Counted from the first letter of the stretch, positions 28,551 to 36,390 are shown. The stretch is 38,433 nt of DNA from a virus (IMGVR_UViG_3300043391_000021:1-38433), one strand, 5' to 3'. Notes: generated by a model from the sequence alone, not told the origin. Numbers and translations are program-made.

Positions 28551-29387
28551 TTATTCCTTGATTTCGTTAATTCTTACTTGCACCGTATCGGCGGTTTTAT
28601 ATGAGGTCAAGTCCGCACCTCCCAATAAATCCTGTTGCACTTTTTTCCAATCTGTGCGCCCAGCCACGGTGATACGCTGGACTCTTACTCCTTCACCTTC
28701 GTTACAGTCGCCGACCAATAACTCTTGCAATCTTGCTTTTGATGAATCTAACAACTCAGTAGCCACGTCTACTTGTGCTTTAGCTAGTCGGTATTCCTTG
28801 ACTGCTTTAGTCCAAGCACGGTCGGTGCGTAACCCTAAGTTTTCCCAAAAGTCGTCCCATGCTAGGCAAATCTTTTCCCAATACGCTGGGTCGGGGTTAA
28901 CGTGCGCTAGGATAAAATCTTGTTCTTCAACGTCCCATACGCAAAAATGACACCAATTTGCACCAGTAACCATAAGCTGGTGCTGGACTTGAGCGTAGTC
29001 ATACGGCAATAGCTCGCCTTTTAGTGCCGCTTTTGCTCGCTCAGATGCAAAGCCGTCGACTGGCACCTTGCATTCCCAAATGCCGTTTAAGTCAAGATTG
29101 ATACCGTCAAGTGATGCGCCGTATAGACCGTCTACAAATACTGCTGGTCGTATCATTTCATAGCGTTCTTCGTAAGCCTTGCGTGCAATCGGTTCTTGCT
29201 GATTACCTTGACGCATAGCTGAGTTTACGAAACCACTACCCCCGCCGTTTTTAATGCGTCGTATGTCGCTTGGCTTCTGATATGGTGATAACCCCATGAC
29301 GGCTGGCGTTTCGCTTGCCATACGGTGGTTTACCCTGAAATCCAGCCACTCTTGCGAACCTTGCTCTAAAAGTATCTCTGTGCGCAT
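28551..29387 (-). CDS. YqaJ/lambda-exonuclease family protein
   Basis: QGSQEWLDFR, ASLDG, ECK, YAQVQHQL. Confidence 0.93.
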   Translation of the reverse strand: MRTEILLEQGSQEWLDFRVNHRMASETPAVMGLSPYQKPSDIRRIKNGGGSGFVNSAMRQGNQQEPIARKAYEERYEMIRPAVFVDGLYGASLDGINLDLNGIWECKVPVDGFASERAKAALKGELLPYDYAQVQHQLMVTGANWCHFCVWDVEEQDFILAHVNPDPAYWEKICLAWDDFWENLGLRTDRAWTKAVKEYRLAKAQVDVATELLDSSKARLQELLVGDCNEGEGVRVQRITVAGRTDWKKVQQDLLGGADLTSYKTADTVQVRINEIKE

Positions 29388-29974
29388 TACTCAGATTCCT
29401 TTTTGGTAAGTTTTTTCTCAAGTGACTGCACAATCTTAGTAAAGTGCAAGCGCTCAATTTCGTGTAACTCTTTTTTACCAAAATGGTTTGCGATTGAATG
29501 AGAATCGGTGTGCGTTGATACGCATAACAGCTTAATCTTGGACAATTCTTCGTCGGTCAACGTCGCTGGGCGCTCACGTGGAGCCATGCTGGCACTATTT
29601 GCGTCGTCGTCGTCTTGATATACACCAACAACTGCGGCAAGAGCATAGCGTCGCATATACGTTAAACAGCTACCAATGCCTTGCGGGTCGGGTTTGCTAA
29701 CTGGTGCAGTCATGCTTTGTTCTAGCCATTCGCCTGAGCTATGCGTAAGACGTGTTACAAGCGTCATAGTATTGTGACCAAACTCTGCGGGAAACTGAGT
29801 TACAGCAAGTCCGTTATTGGACAGCGCTTCACGACACGCTTCCCAAACGCTTGCCAAGTCCGCATATTTAGACTTGAAATGCGGGTTAACTGAATCTTTG
29901 CTGGCGTGCTTTAGTTCGCCTTGTGCCTTGGCTAATGCCGTAGACAGTTCTTTGATGCTTTCTGATTGAATCAT
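29387..29974 (-). CDS. erf: ERF-family ssDNA annealing protein
   Basis: NPHFKSKYADL, GSCLTYMRRYAL..VGV..DDDAN. Confidence 0.95.
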   Translation of the reverse strand: MIQSESIKELSTALAKAQGELKHASKDSVNPHFKSKYADLASVWEACREALSNNGLAVTQFPAEFGHNTMTLVTRLTHSSGEWLEQSMTAPVSKPDPQGIGSCLTYMRRYALAAVVGVYQDDDDANSASMAPRERPATLTDEELSKIKLLCVSTHTDSHSIANHFGKKELHEIERLHFTKIVQSLEKKLTKKESE

Positions 29975-29984
29975 TTTCTACTCC

Positions 29985-30080
29985 TTACTGGTTTTCAAAA
30001 TAAAAGGCTAATGCATAAGCCCCACAAATTACTACTAAAACTATTAAAACTTGTAACGTTTCGTTGATTTGCTTAATCAC
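29985..30080 (-). CDS. Small single-TM peptide
   Basis: GTG 30080 near the upstream stop; LQVLIVLVVICGAYALAFYF. Confidence 0.55.
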   Translation of the reverse strand: MIKQINETLQVLIVLVVICGAYALAFYFENQ

Positions 30081-30381
30081 GGTTACCCTTTCCCCAATCT
30101 TCAATTGCGTGTTCTTCTGCTTGGCGTTCCCAGTAGTCAATGATGCGACCAAAAACCATGCGCCCCAGCATTGTGACTTCACGGCGTTCCATCAAATCGG
30201 CAAGCTGTTCAATGTCACCTTCTTTGCTAAACAAACATTCTTCTGAAATGGCTTCGACAATGTTCTTAGCTGTATACGGGTTGTATTCACCCATCATTAG
30301 TTCGTTGACACGTTCGCCAATCCAGTCGTCATACTGGGCTTGTTCTTCGTAAGGCGCTTCTAGCCAGCGGTCGTAGCTCAT
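30073..30381 (-). CDS. Acidic hypothetical protein
   Basis: MSYDRWLEAPY start; D/E-rich. Confidence 0.75.
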   Translation of the reverse strand: MSYDRWLEAPYEEQAQYDDWIGERVNELMMGEYNPYTAKNIVEAISEECLFSKEGDIEQLADLMERREVTMLGRMVFGRIIDYWERQAEEHAIEDWGKGNRD

Positions 30382-30584
30382 TTCGCCCCCATATATCTGT
30401 ATTCTGCCCACCATTTGCCCGTAGCTTTGTCGGTCATGCGAATAGACACAATGTTGTGCGAATCTTTTAAGACTGCGATAACTGCCGCAAGTCGTGTGAT
30501 GCCGTAACGCTCGATAGCTTCCCAGCTAGTGATTTTTTTGCGCTTTTGTAAGTGCGCCAAGATTTGTGCTGTTTGAGTTTTCAT
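30378..30584 (-). CDS. Small HTH protein
   Basis: QILAHLQ..ITSWEAIERYGITRLAAVI. Confidence 0.8.
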   Translation of the reverse strand: MKTQTAQILAHLQKRKKITSWEAIERYGITRLAAVIAVLKDSHNIVSIRMTDKATGKWWAEYRYMGAK

Positions 30585-30679
30585 AGACCCCCCGTGCGGA
30601 TTACCCATACTGTTAATGGAATTACAAAGAAACATACACCTAGAAATACACCTTTTAGAATATCAGTCATGTTGCCCCT

Positions 30680-30976
30680 TTAGAAGTGAGTTAATAAACC
30701 AGTTTCACGCTCAAACAAATCTTCTAGCTGGTCGCAATAAATCATGCTGTGTTCTGAGATTGTTTTGAGTTCACGGCTAGTCATACGCATAAACTTCACG
30801 GTATACGTGTCGCTTGGGTCAAGAACAATCTTGACTGCGTTGATGCGGTGCTTAGTGAGGTTTGCGGGAATCTGAAACGCTAGACCGTTGCCAACGTCGC
30901 CAAAGTTTTTGGCACCAGTCATACCGATAAAACGGCGTCCGCCTAACTGGTCGAGGATAATGTTTGCTACTGACAT
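30680..30976 (-). CDS. Hypothetical phage protein
   Basis: IILDQLGGRRFIGMTGAK...FERETGL; AAGGAAG RBS; has its own promoter. Confidence 0.8.
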   Translation of the reverse strand: MSVANIILDQLGGRRFIGMTGAKNFGDVGNGLAFQIPANLTKHRINAVKIVLDPSDTYTVKFMRMTSRELKTISEHSMIYCDQLEDLFERETGLLTHF

Positions 30977-31014
30977 ATTTACTTCCTTTCTGTGTTTACT
31001 CATTTGATATAGTA

Positions 31015-31042
31015 AGTATAATCTAGTTATACGTAATGTCAA
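31015..31042 (-). promoter_or_regulatory. Leftward sigma70-like promoter
   Basis: TTGACA-N16-TATACT on the minus strand. Confidence 0.7.
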
Positions 31043-31239
31043 GTATTATTTTGCGATTCTGCAAAAAAATATTTACCGACTACGTTTCCGTTGTAATCAT
31101 GTATGTTGCCACGGGTAGAGCCTTGGGCAACTGCTTCAGCGACTTGCACGATATTGTCCGCAACAGATTCTTCTAAAGAATCGCCAGCATACGCATCATT
31201 GTCGCAATTCATTGATAAAACAAATACTTTATTTCCCAT
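31039..31239 (-). CDS. Hypothetical protein
   Basis: AAGGAG RBS; IHDYNGNVVG. Confidence 0.75.
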   Translation of the reverse strand: MGNKVFVLSMNCDNDAYAGDSLEESVADNIVQVAEAVAQGSTRGNIHDYNGNVVGKYFFAESQNNT

Positions 31240-31249
31240 GTAAATCTCC

Positions 31250-31564
31250 TTAGTCTGCTCTTGAACAAGCCCATGCGTTAATACCATGCTCACGCAATAC
31301 CTTTGCAAATGCGTCAGCGCCTTGTTCTTTTACGTCCATTGACTGAGTGCCGTTACCCGCTGGATTCCAAATTGACCAGCCACGTTTCCAATGCTTTTCG
31401 CCAACGCCGTTCTTTTTGCACCAGTTAACAAACGGGATACGAGCGCTTGTAATCTCGACCCATGCAAAACCACAGTAAGCCATTTCGCCATGCTTTGCCA
31501 TAAATTCAGCTTCTGCAACCTTTGCCGCAGTTAACGCTTTTGTGTAAATTTCTTGATAGTCCAT
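31250..31564 (-). CDS. Hypothetical phage protein
   Basis: AAGGAG RBS; YCGFAWV...QSMDVKE..A.AFAKVL...SRAD. Confidence 0.8.
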   Translation of the reverse strand: MDYQEIYTKALTAAKVAEAEFMAKHGEMAYCGFAWVEITSARIPFVNWCKKNGVGEKHWKRGWSIWNPAGNGTQSMDVKEQGADAFAKVLREHGINAWACSRAD

Positions 31565-31574
31565 GTGAATCTCC

Positions 31575-31877
31575 TTAGAAGTTGTAGTCATAAAATTTGC
31601 GTGGTTCGTCAGCTAGTCGAAACTTGCGACCGTGTGCGTCTTTCCAGCCGTGCTTGCCTAACCTGATTCTGATTACTGGGTTTGCTGGGTTAGACGTGAT
31701 AAACCAGTCTTGCACGTTATCGCTGTGTGCTGAAAACCCGCCTACTGTGAACGTTGGCTTAACTGCTGGATTCTGCTCTGCAGTCATTTCTCTGATTTCG
31801 ATGGTTTTGTCGCTGACTACCCTAACAACTTCAAAAGGGTCAATGTCTGAATATCCGTGATAGTTTGCGTATTTCAT
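31575..31877 (-). CDS. Hypothetical phage protein
   Basis: GGAG RBS; YSDIDPFEVV...RKFYDYNF. Confidence 0.8.
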   Translation of the reverse strand: MKYANYHGYSDIDPFEVVRVVSDKTIEIREMTAEQNPAVKPTFTVGGFSAHSDNVQDWFITSNPANPVIRIRLGKHGWKDAHGRKFRLADEPRKFYDYNF

Positions 31878-31881
31878 TTTT

Positions 31882-32115
31882 TTAAACTCCCATTTGATTG
31901 CAAAGAACCCACTTTGCTTTATTTAAAATCTGACGTGCTTCTTCGTCCATGCCGTGAGCAATACACTCTTGTGCGTCTGACATAAGACCAGCCAAAAACA
32001 TTGGCACGCCTGACATAGATACATAGTTCTTATGACGTGCCCAAAAAATTTCAGGGCGCTCACCGAACATTGCGATTTCTTCTGCTATACGTGCTTTGGT
32101 TACTTCTTTTGTCAT
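31882..32115 (-). CDS. Hypothetical protein, first gene of the leftward early operon
   Basis: AAGGA RBS; GLMSDAQE...ARQILNKAKW. Confidence 0.75.
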   Translation of the reverse strand: MTKEVTKARIAEEIAMFGERPEIFWARHKNYVSMSGVPMFLAGLMSDAQECIAHGMDEEARQILNKAKWVLCNQMGV

Positions 32116-32151
32116 TTTATTTCCTTTCACATTTAATTAACCTACATGAGT

Positions 32152-32180
32152 AGTTTAGTCGTGTGTATAACAAAAGTCAA
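32152..32180 (-). promoter_or_regulatory. Leftward early promoter (PL-like)
   Basis: TTGACT-N17-TAAACT on the minus strand. Confidence 0.75.
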
Positions 32181-32222
32181 CGAATTGTATAGTTTTATTT
32201 ATCATAATATGAGAAATTTAAT

Positions 32223-32251
32223 TAGGCAAACGTATAATTTTATGATATATT
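32223..32251 (+). promoter_or_regulatory. Rightward early promoter (PR-like)
   Basis: TAGGCA-N17-TATATT with an extended TGn. Confidence 0.55.
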
Positions 32252-32278
32252 ACGTATATATCTTACAGAAAGTGCAAC

Positions 32279-32482
32279 ATGAATCTATCTCCTATTGAGA
32301 AAGCATTACGACTGGTCGGCAAAACGCAGATGGCTAGAGAACTTGGTTTGACCCGTGCGGCAGTTTATTCATGGGCAAGAAAAAACAAGATTCCAGCGCA
32401 TCACGTATTAAAAGTCGAACAACTAAGTGGCATTAGTCGTCACGAATTAGCCCCTGATATTTATGGGGTTGCAAGTAACTAA
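32279..32482 (+). CDS. Cro/YdaS-like HTH regulator
   Basis: KTQMARELGLTRAAVYSW...IP...SRHELAPDIYG. Confidence 0.9.
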   Translation: MNLSPIEKALRLVGKTQMARELGLTRAAVYSWARKNKIPAHHVLKVEQLSGISRHELAPDIYGVASN

Positions 32483-32497
32483 AAAATGTTTTAAGAT
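32469..32497 (+). promoter_or_regulatory. Sigma70-like promoter for the structured non-coding region
   Basis: TTGCAA-N17-TAAGAT; predicted +1 near 32504, at the base of the first hairpin. Confidence 0.7.
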
Positions 32498-32503
32498 GTA
32501 ATT

Positions 32504-32676
32504 GTCACGGGTGGCACCGTTGGCAAACCATAGCAGAGTAACTAACCCCAGTAGGTTTAGGTGGGGTATGTGTAGCTTTAGACAATGAGTGAGAAATCTC
32601 TGTTATGGATTGTCGACAGTTGCCCATGCCAAGGGACATACCCCGCCTAAGTTTATTGGGGTTTTTCTTTTGGCAT
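32504..32676 (+). ncRNA. Structured RNA domain 1 (leader hairpin plus 28-bp stem, complementary loops)
   Basis: 32544-32571 pairs fully with 32636-32663 using five G-U pairs; loops GTGGCA and ATGCCAA are complementary over 5 nt. Confidence 0.75.
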
Positions 32677-32680
32677 AGCC

Positions 32681-32876
32681 TTTGACCACACGAAAAGCAA
32701 GTGTGTAAATAAGAAAGCTAGATGGGCTAGAGGCTTGTGGAGAAACAGCACAAGAGCAAGGGGAGACACCTTCGATAGCCGAATAGTTAGGACTAAGCCA
32801 GCTATTCAGAGAGTCGCTACTCAATACATCACTTATGTAAAACGGCACCTGTGCCGTTGGTCTTTCTATTGGTAAA
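32681..32876 (+). ncRNA. Structured RNA domain 2 (multi-stem junction)
   Basis: At least six local hairpins, most enclosed by AATAAGAAAG/CTTTCTATT and TTTGACCA/TGGTAAA. Confidence 0.6.
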
Positions 32877-32883
32877 TAATTAT

Positions 32884-32912
32884 TTGACTTTAGTAAAACA
32901 AATTTATACAAT
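32884..32912 (+). promoter_or_regulatory. Sigma70-like promoter for the replication/nin operon
   Basis: TTGACT-N17-TACAAT with AT-rich upstream flank. Confidence 0.75.
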
Positions 32913-32939
32913 TGATTAATAAATTGAGAAAGGACAAAA

Positions 32940-33314
32940 ATGTTTGAATCATTTTGGAAGTTGTATCCCCGTAAAGTAGCCAAGCGTGCCGCACAAAAAT
33001 CTTGGCAACGTTTAAACCCGTTAGAGCAAAAACAAGCATTAGACGCAATACCGAATCACGTTAAGTATTGGAAGTTAAAAATGACTGAGCAAGACTTTAT
33101 CCCGCACCCAAGCACATGGCTGAATCAAGGTCGGTTTGAAGACGAGCTAGTGATTGAAGAACCAAAGCCAAAAGAACCCAAGGCAAACCCTTGGTGGGCA
33201 ACGGACAGCGACATATTGAAGAAAGCAAGCGAGGTCGGCGTAGCCCCTAGAAGTGGCGAAAGCTGGGCAGACTTGAGAAAACGTATCACAGACAAACTAA
33301 CGGTGAAATTATGA
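32940..33314 (+). CDS. Replication initiator C-terminal-like domain protein (no N-terminal HTH)
   Basis: FESFWKLYPRKVAK..A..SW...FIPHPSTWLNQGRFEDE; in-frame TGA at 32925 prevents N-terminal extension. Confidence 0.75.
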   Translation: MFESFWKLYPRKVAKRAAQKSWQRLNPLEQKQALDAIPNHVKYWKLKMTEQDFIPHPSTWLNQGRFEDELVIEEPKPKEPKANPWWATDSDILKKASEVGVAPRSGESWADLRKRITDKLTVKL

Positions 33315-33520
33315 TAGTAGACAACGGTGACGAAACATTTAGCATAGTCAGAAGACCATGCCCTATTACAAAAGACCAAGCTTACGGTATAGCTTTAGAA
33401 GCTGGTTTTATGCTGTCAACGCAATACGGACAAGATGACGGCAAAATGATGCCAGCAACAGACGGCGCAACGCTTATGCGTTTAATCAAATTAATTGAAA
33501 AGGCGCACGGAATTGTATAA
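33311..33520 (+). CDS. Hypothetical protein
   Basis: ATGA-coupled; ends LIEKAHGI. Confidence 0.65.
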   Translation: MIVDNGDETFSIVRRPCPITKDQAYGIALEAGFMLSTQYGQDDGKMMPATDGATLMRLIKLIEKAHGIV

Positions 33521-33920
33521 AAAAGTAGCTTTTGGTTATCCTGATTTAGTAACAGCTTTTACTGATATGAAGCTAATGCAAAGCCAACACGTGCAACAAG
33601 CATGGCTTATAACGTTTCAACGTTTAGAAGAAAAACGTCGTGACGTTCAAAACCGTCGTTACTGGGCAATCATGCACGAGATTGCTGAACAGCTAAAAAT
33701 CAACGACCAGCAAATGACTGCCGAAGTTTGGCATGAGTGGGCTAAACGTAGATTTATAGGTGTGCGTGAAATAGTGTTACCTGACGGAGAGATTGCCGTG
33801 TTAGGCATGACCAGCACCGAGTTATCTGTTGCAGACTTTAGCGACTATATGCAGATGGTAGAGGCATGGGCGGTAGATCATGGCGTAATTTTTAACGACT
33901 TACCTGAAAGGAATGTATGA
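33495..33920 (+). CDS. ninB: NinB-like recombination protein
   Basis: RDVQNRRYWAIMHEIAEQ, STELSVADFSDYMQMVEAWAVDHGV. Confidence 0.8.
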   Translation: MKRRTELYKKVAFGYPDLVTAFTDMKLMQSQHVQQAWLITFQRLEEKRRDVQNRRYWAIMHEIAEQLKINDQQMTAEVWHEWAKRRFIGVREIVLPDGEIAVLGMTSTELSVADFSDYMQMVEAWAVDHGVIFNDLPERNV

Positions 33921-34153
33921 AACAAGAACCTGTTGCATGGAGAAGTTTTGACGCTAAATGGAAACGATGGTATTTATATCAAGTTAAACCTGCCGATAAT
34001 GCAGAGCCACTCTACACCGCACCAAGAGAGTTAAGTGATGAGGAAATAATGGAAGCGTCTGAACCTTTTTGGAAATGTGATGCTTTTAATGAAGTGTCTT
34101 TTGATGATATCGGATTTGCTAGAGCAATACTAAAGAAAGCGAGTGAGAAATGA
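33917..34153 (+). CDS. Hypothetical phage protein
   Basis: EPVAW...PLYTAP.ELSDEEI...FARAIL mosaic motifs. Confidence 0.75.
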   Translation: MKQEPVAWRSFDAKWKRWYLYQVKPADNAEPLYTAPRELSDEEIMEASEPFWKCDAFNEVSFDDIGFARAILKKASEK

Positions 34154-34404
34154 AATACTTAATACTGTTTTTTCTAGCTACGCCAGCAATGGCACAGTCA
34201 AACTTCTATGCAAACCGTTTTAACGGATGTATGACCCAAGTTTACACAGCGTCAAATAATGGATACTATTACGTAAACAAGGAATATAAAAAGCCTAAGC
34301 AAATCAATCGTGACCTAAGCACATGGGGTCAGCCGACTGGTAATGTAGGCAATACTGTAAACATTAACAAATATGCACCCCCTGATTTAAGGATAAGCAG
34401 ATGA
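34150..34404 (+). CDS. Small secreted protein
   Basis: Signal peptide MKYLILFFLATPAMA. Confidence 0.7.
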   Translation: MKYLILFFLATPAMAQSNFYANRFNGCMTQVYTASNNGYYYVNKEYKKPKQINRDLSTWGQPTGNVGNTVNINKYAPPDLRISR

Positions 34405-34532
34405 AAGACCTAGGAATTAAATTATTAACTGGCGCAATTACTGGTGTTGCGTGGGCAATCGTCATGGTATTACTAGGGTTAATTGTTAAAGGGTGCTGGA
34501 TATTCCTTAGCTATGGCTGGAATTTAATATGA
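34401..34532 (+). CDS. Small membrane peptide (43 aa)
   Basis: Hand translation MKDLGIKLLTGAITGVAWAIVMVLLGLIVKGCWIFLSYGWNLI; ATGA overlaps at both ends. Confidence 0.7.
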   Translation: MKDLGIKLLTGAITGVAWAIVMVLLGLIVKGCWIFLSYGWNLI

Positions 34533-34645
34533 TAGAAACAATGGCGTGGGTTGTGCTTATTGGCGTATTCATGCTGGTATTAATTGCTGGGGTGGTCATT
34601 GGACTGCTCTACTTAATGGATTATTTAGAGAATGTTCAGAAGTAA
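34529..34645 (+). CDS. Small membrane peptide (38 aa)
   Basis: Hand translation MIETMAWVVLIGVFMLVLIAGVVIGLLYLMDYLENVQK; ATGA overlap. Confidence 0.65.
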   Translation: MIETMAWVVLIGVFMLVLIAGVVIGLLYLMDYLENVQK

Positions 34646-34934
34646 AACGTTGCTGGAAGTCGCAAGACAATGCCCGTGTCAAGGGTGCGGTGCAGAAGAC
34701 GGCACAGTAGTTGCCGCACACTCAAACCAATTGCGTGACGGCAAAGGTAGATCACTTAAAGCCCACGACTATCGTATTGCGGCACTATGCTATAACTGCC
34801 ATTATGCAATAGACCAAGGCTCACGTATGACAGCACAAGAAAGGCTAGACTTTTGGGAAGACGCACACAGAAAAACAATAGGGTGGTTATTTGAGCATGG
34901 ATACATTACCGTTAATAAACTGCCCCGATTGTGA
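34632..34934 (+). CDS. DUF1364-like HNH-type zinc protein
   Basis: CQGC..TVVAAHSN...KAHD..IAALCYNCH. Confidence 0.8.
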   Translation: MFRSKTLLEVARQCPCQGCGAEDGTVVAAHSNQLRDGKGRSLKAHDYRIAALCYNCHYAIDQGSRMTAQERLDFWEDAHRKTIGWLFEHGYITVNKLPRL

Positions 34935-35142
34935 AAAGAACGGTGGCATCTACCGCATGACGTGTAGAGGTTGCCGAAACAGATTGCTTTTAGACGAGCC
35001 ATGCAAAATGTTACGCAAGATAATCGCTGAAGGCCTACGCAAGTGGGGAGAGGTAGATGACTGGCAAGTAGAACCTCATTGTGGTTGCCAGCGCAAATGC
35101 CAGCGCCTAGAAAACATGAGGCTTGCACAAATTGATTCTTGA
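34897..35142 (+). CDS. Cys-rich hypothetical protein
   Basis: CPDC, CRGC, CGCQRKC. Confidence 0.6.
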   Translation: MDTLPLINCPDCEKNGGIYRMTCRGCRNRLLLDEPCKMLRKIIAEGLRKWGEVDDWQVEPHCGCQRKCQRLENMRLAQIDS

Positions 35143-35503
35143 GTTTCCATTCCCGCCAAGTGTCAATCATTACCTAGGCAGACACGGCAACAGGACGTAT
35201 AAGACGGCTAAAGCTAAAGCGTATAACCAAGCTGTCTACAATATAGTCAAACTTCACAGCGCCGACAAAAGATTTAATACGCCCCTAGACGTGCTGTATT
35301 TCTACTGGTTTCCTGATAAACGCAAAAGAGATATTGCCAATTATGAAAAGGTACTTACTGATTCAATGGTAACGGCTGGCGTTATGGTAGACGACCACTT
35401 AATACATAGGCTTACGCAAGAAAAAAAAGGCTACTGCAAAGACGGCAAGGTTATCGTGGTAATATATCCATTCCTTCCAAGGAGTGATATTGTCCCAGCG
35501 TAA
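35123..35503 (+). CDS. rusA: RusA-family Holliday junction resolvase
   Basis: PFPPSVNHY, PDKRKRDIANYEK..DS....DDH. Confidence 0.93.
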   Translation: MHKLILEFPFPPSVNHYLGRHGNRTYKTAKAKAYNQAVYNIVKLHSADKRFNTPLDVLYFYWFPDKRKRDIANYEKVLTDSMVTAGVMVDDHLIHRLTQEKKGYCKDGKVIVVIYPFLPRSDIVPA

Positions 35504-35521
35504 AAAACTGGGATTTTTTTT
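35493..35521 (+). terminator. Intrinsic terminator after rusA
   Basis: TCCCAG-N9-CTGGGA followed by eight T. Confidence 0.65.
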
Positions 35522-35539
35522 GACAAACGTAAAATAAAA

Positions 35540-35842
35540 GTGTCTAATCGTATTATGTTTCAATACACCGACATGACAGAACAAGAGTATTTAGATTTTG
35601 TAAAAGCCCATGAGTGGACTTTTGCCAAGTCAATGCCGACTATCCCGCATACATACGTTGTGCGAGAACGTTGTAGGACTGACGACGAGTTTTGTCGTGC
35701 AGTTTTATACATACGCAAACACGGCAAACCACGTAAATTCTTCCGCAAAACGTTTATTTACCTAGACTTGGGCGCTTACACTTACTGGACTATGGGCAAC
35801 CCATTAGACATTACGAAGATTATTAATCGGGCTTTGTTATGA
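35540..35842 (+). CDS. Hypothetical aromatic-rich protein (start uncertain)
   Basis: WTFAKSMPTIPHTY...YTYWTMG...IINRA. Confidence 0.75.
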   Translation: MSNRIMFQYTDMTEQEYLDFVKAHEWTFAKSMPTIPHTYVVRERCRTDDEFCRAVLYIRKHGKPRKFFRKTFIYLDLGAYTYWTMGNPLDITKIINRALL

Positions 35843-36390
35843 GAATCATTATTAGGGCGGTAAAAGAGCGCACCGAGTTTATTGATTACCTAAGCCAACG
35901 ATTGCCTAATGCCGAATGGTGTTTTGACGAAACTCAGAACGCTATGGACACTTTCCTAAAAGCTATGCTTATGGCTGGTGACGAACCCGCCGTGCACATG
36001 GAAGAAGATATTATTCTTACCCGTGACTTCGAGCGCAAACTGAATGCAGTCATTGACCAGCGCCCTAACGACCTGATTCAATTCTTTTCTATGCGTGGCA
36101 AAGACTTGACCGAAGGCAGTCGATACGACCGTAGTTATATGATGAATCAATGCTTTTATACACCTCAGCACTATTCACGTAGGATTTACGAGTATTACAG
36201 AACATGGGACGGCAAGCTAATACACCCGACAGGCTCGGACAATATGATTGCTGACTGGCTAAAGTCCCGCAGAGAAGCCTATTGGATACACGTGCCCAGC
36301 TTGGTTGAACACCGTATAGCCAAAAGCATGATTGACCCCCGACGCAGTTCTAAACGCCAAAGCAAGACATTCGTAGACCCTTGGATATGA
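35839..36390 (+). CDS. GT-A-fold glycosyltransferase-like protein
   Basis: AVHMEEDIIL (DxD-like) and VPSLVEH motifs. Confidence 0.7.
   Translation: MRIIIRAVKERTEFIDYLSQRLPNAEWCFDETQNAMDTFLKAMLMAGDEPAVHMEEDIILTRDFERKLNAVIDQRPNDLIQFFSMRGKDLTEGSRYDRSYMMNQCFYTPQHYSRRIYEYYRTWDGKLIHPTGSDNMIADWLKSRREAYWIHVPSLVEHRIAKSMIDPRRSSKRQSKTFVDPWI

Noticed and set aside
27257-31860. Plus-strand ORFs within the leftward early arm
   Set aside because: Antisense shadows of ssb, the exonuclease and neighbouring genes
32603-32983. 126-aa minus-strand ORF
   Set aside because: Antisense to the rightward operon, no recognisable motifs, overlaps promoters; the G-U pattern supports a + strand RNA instead
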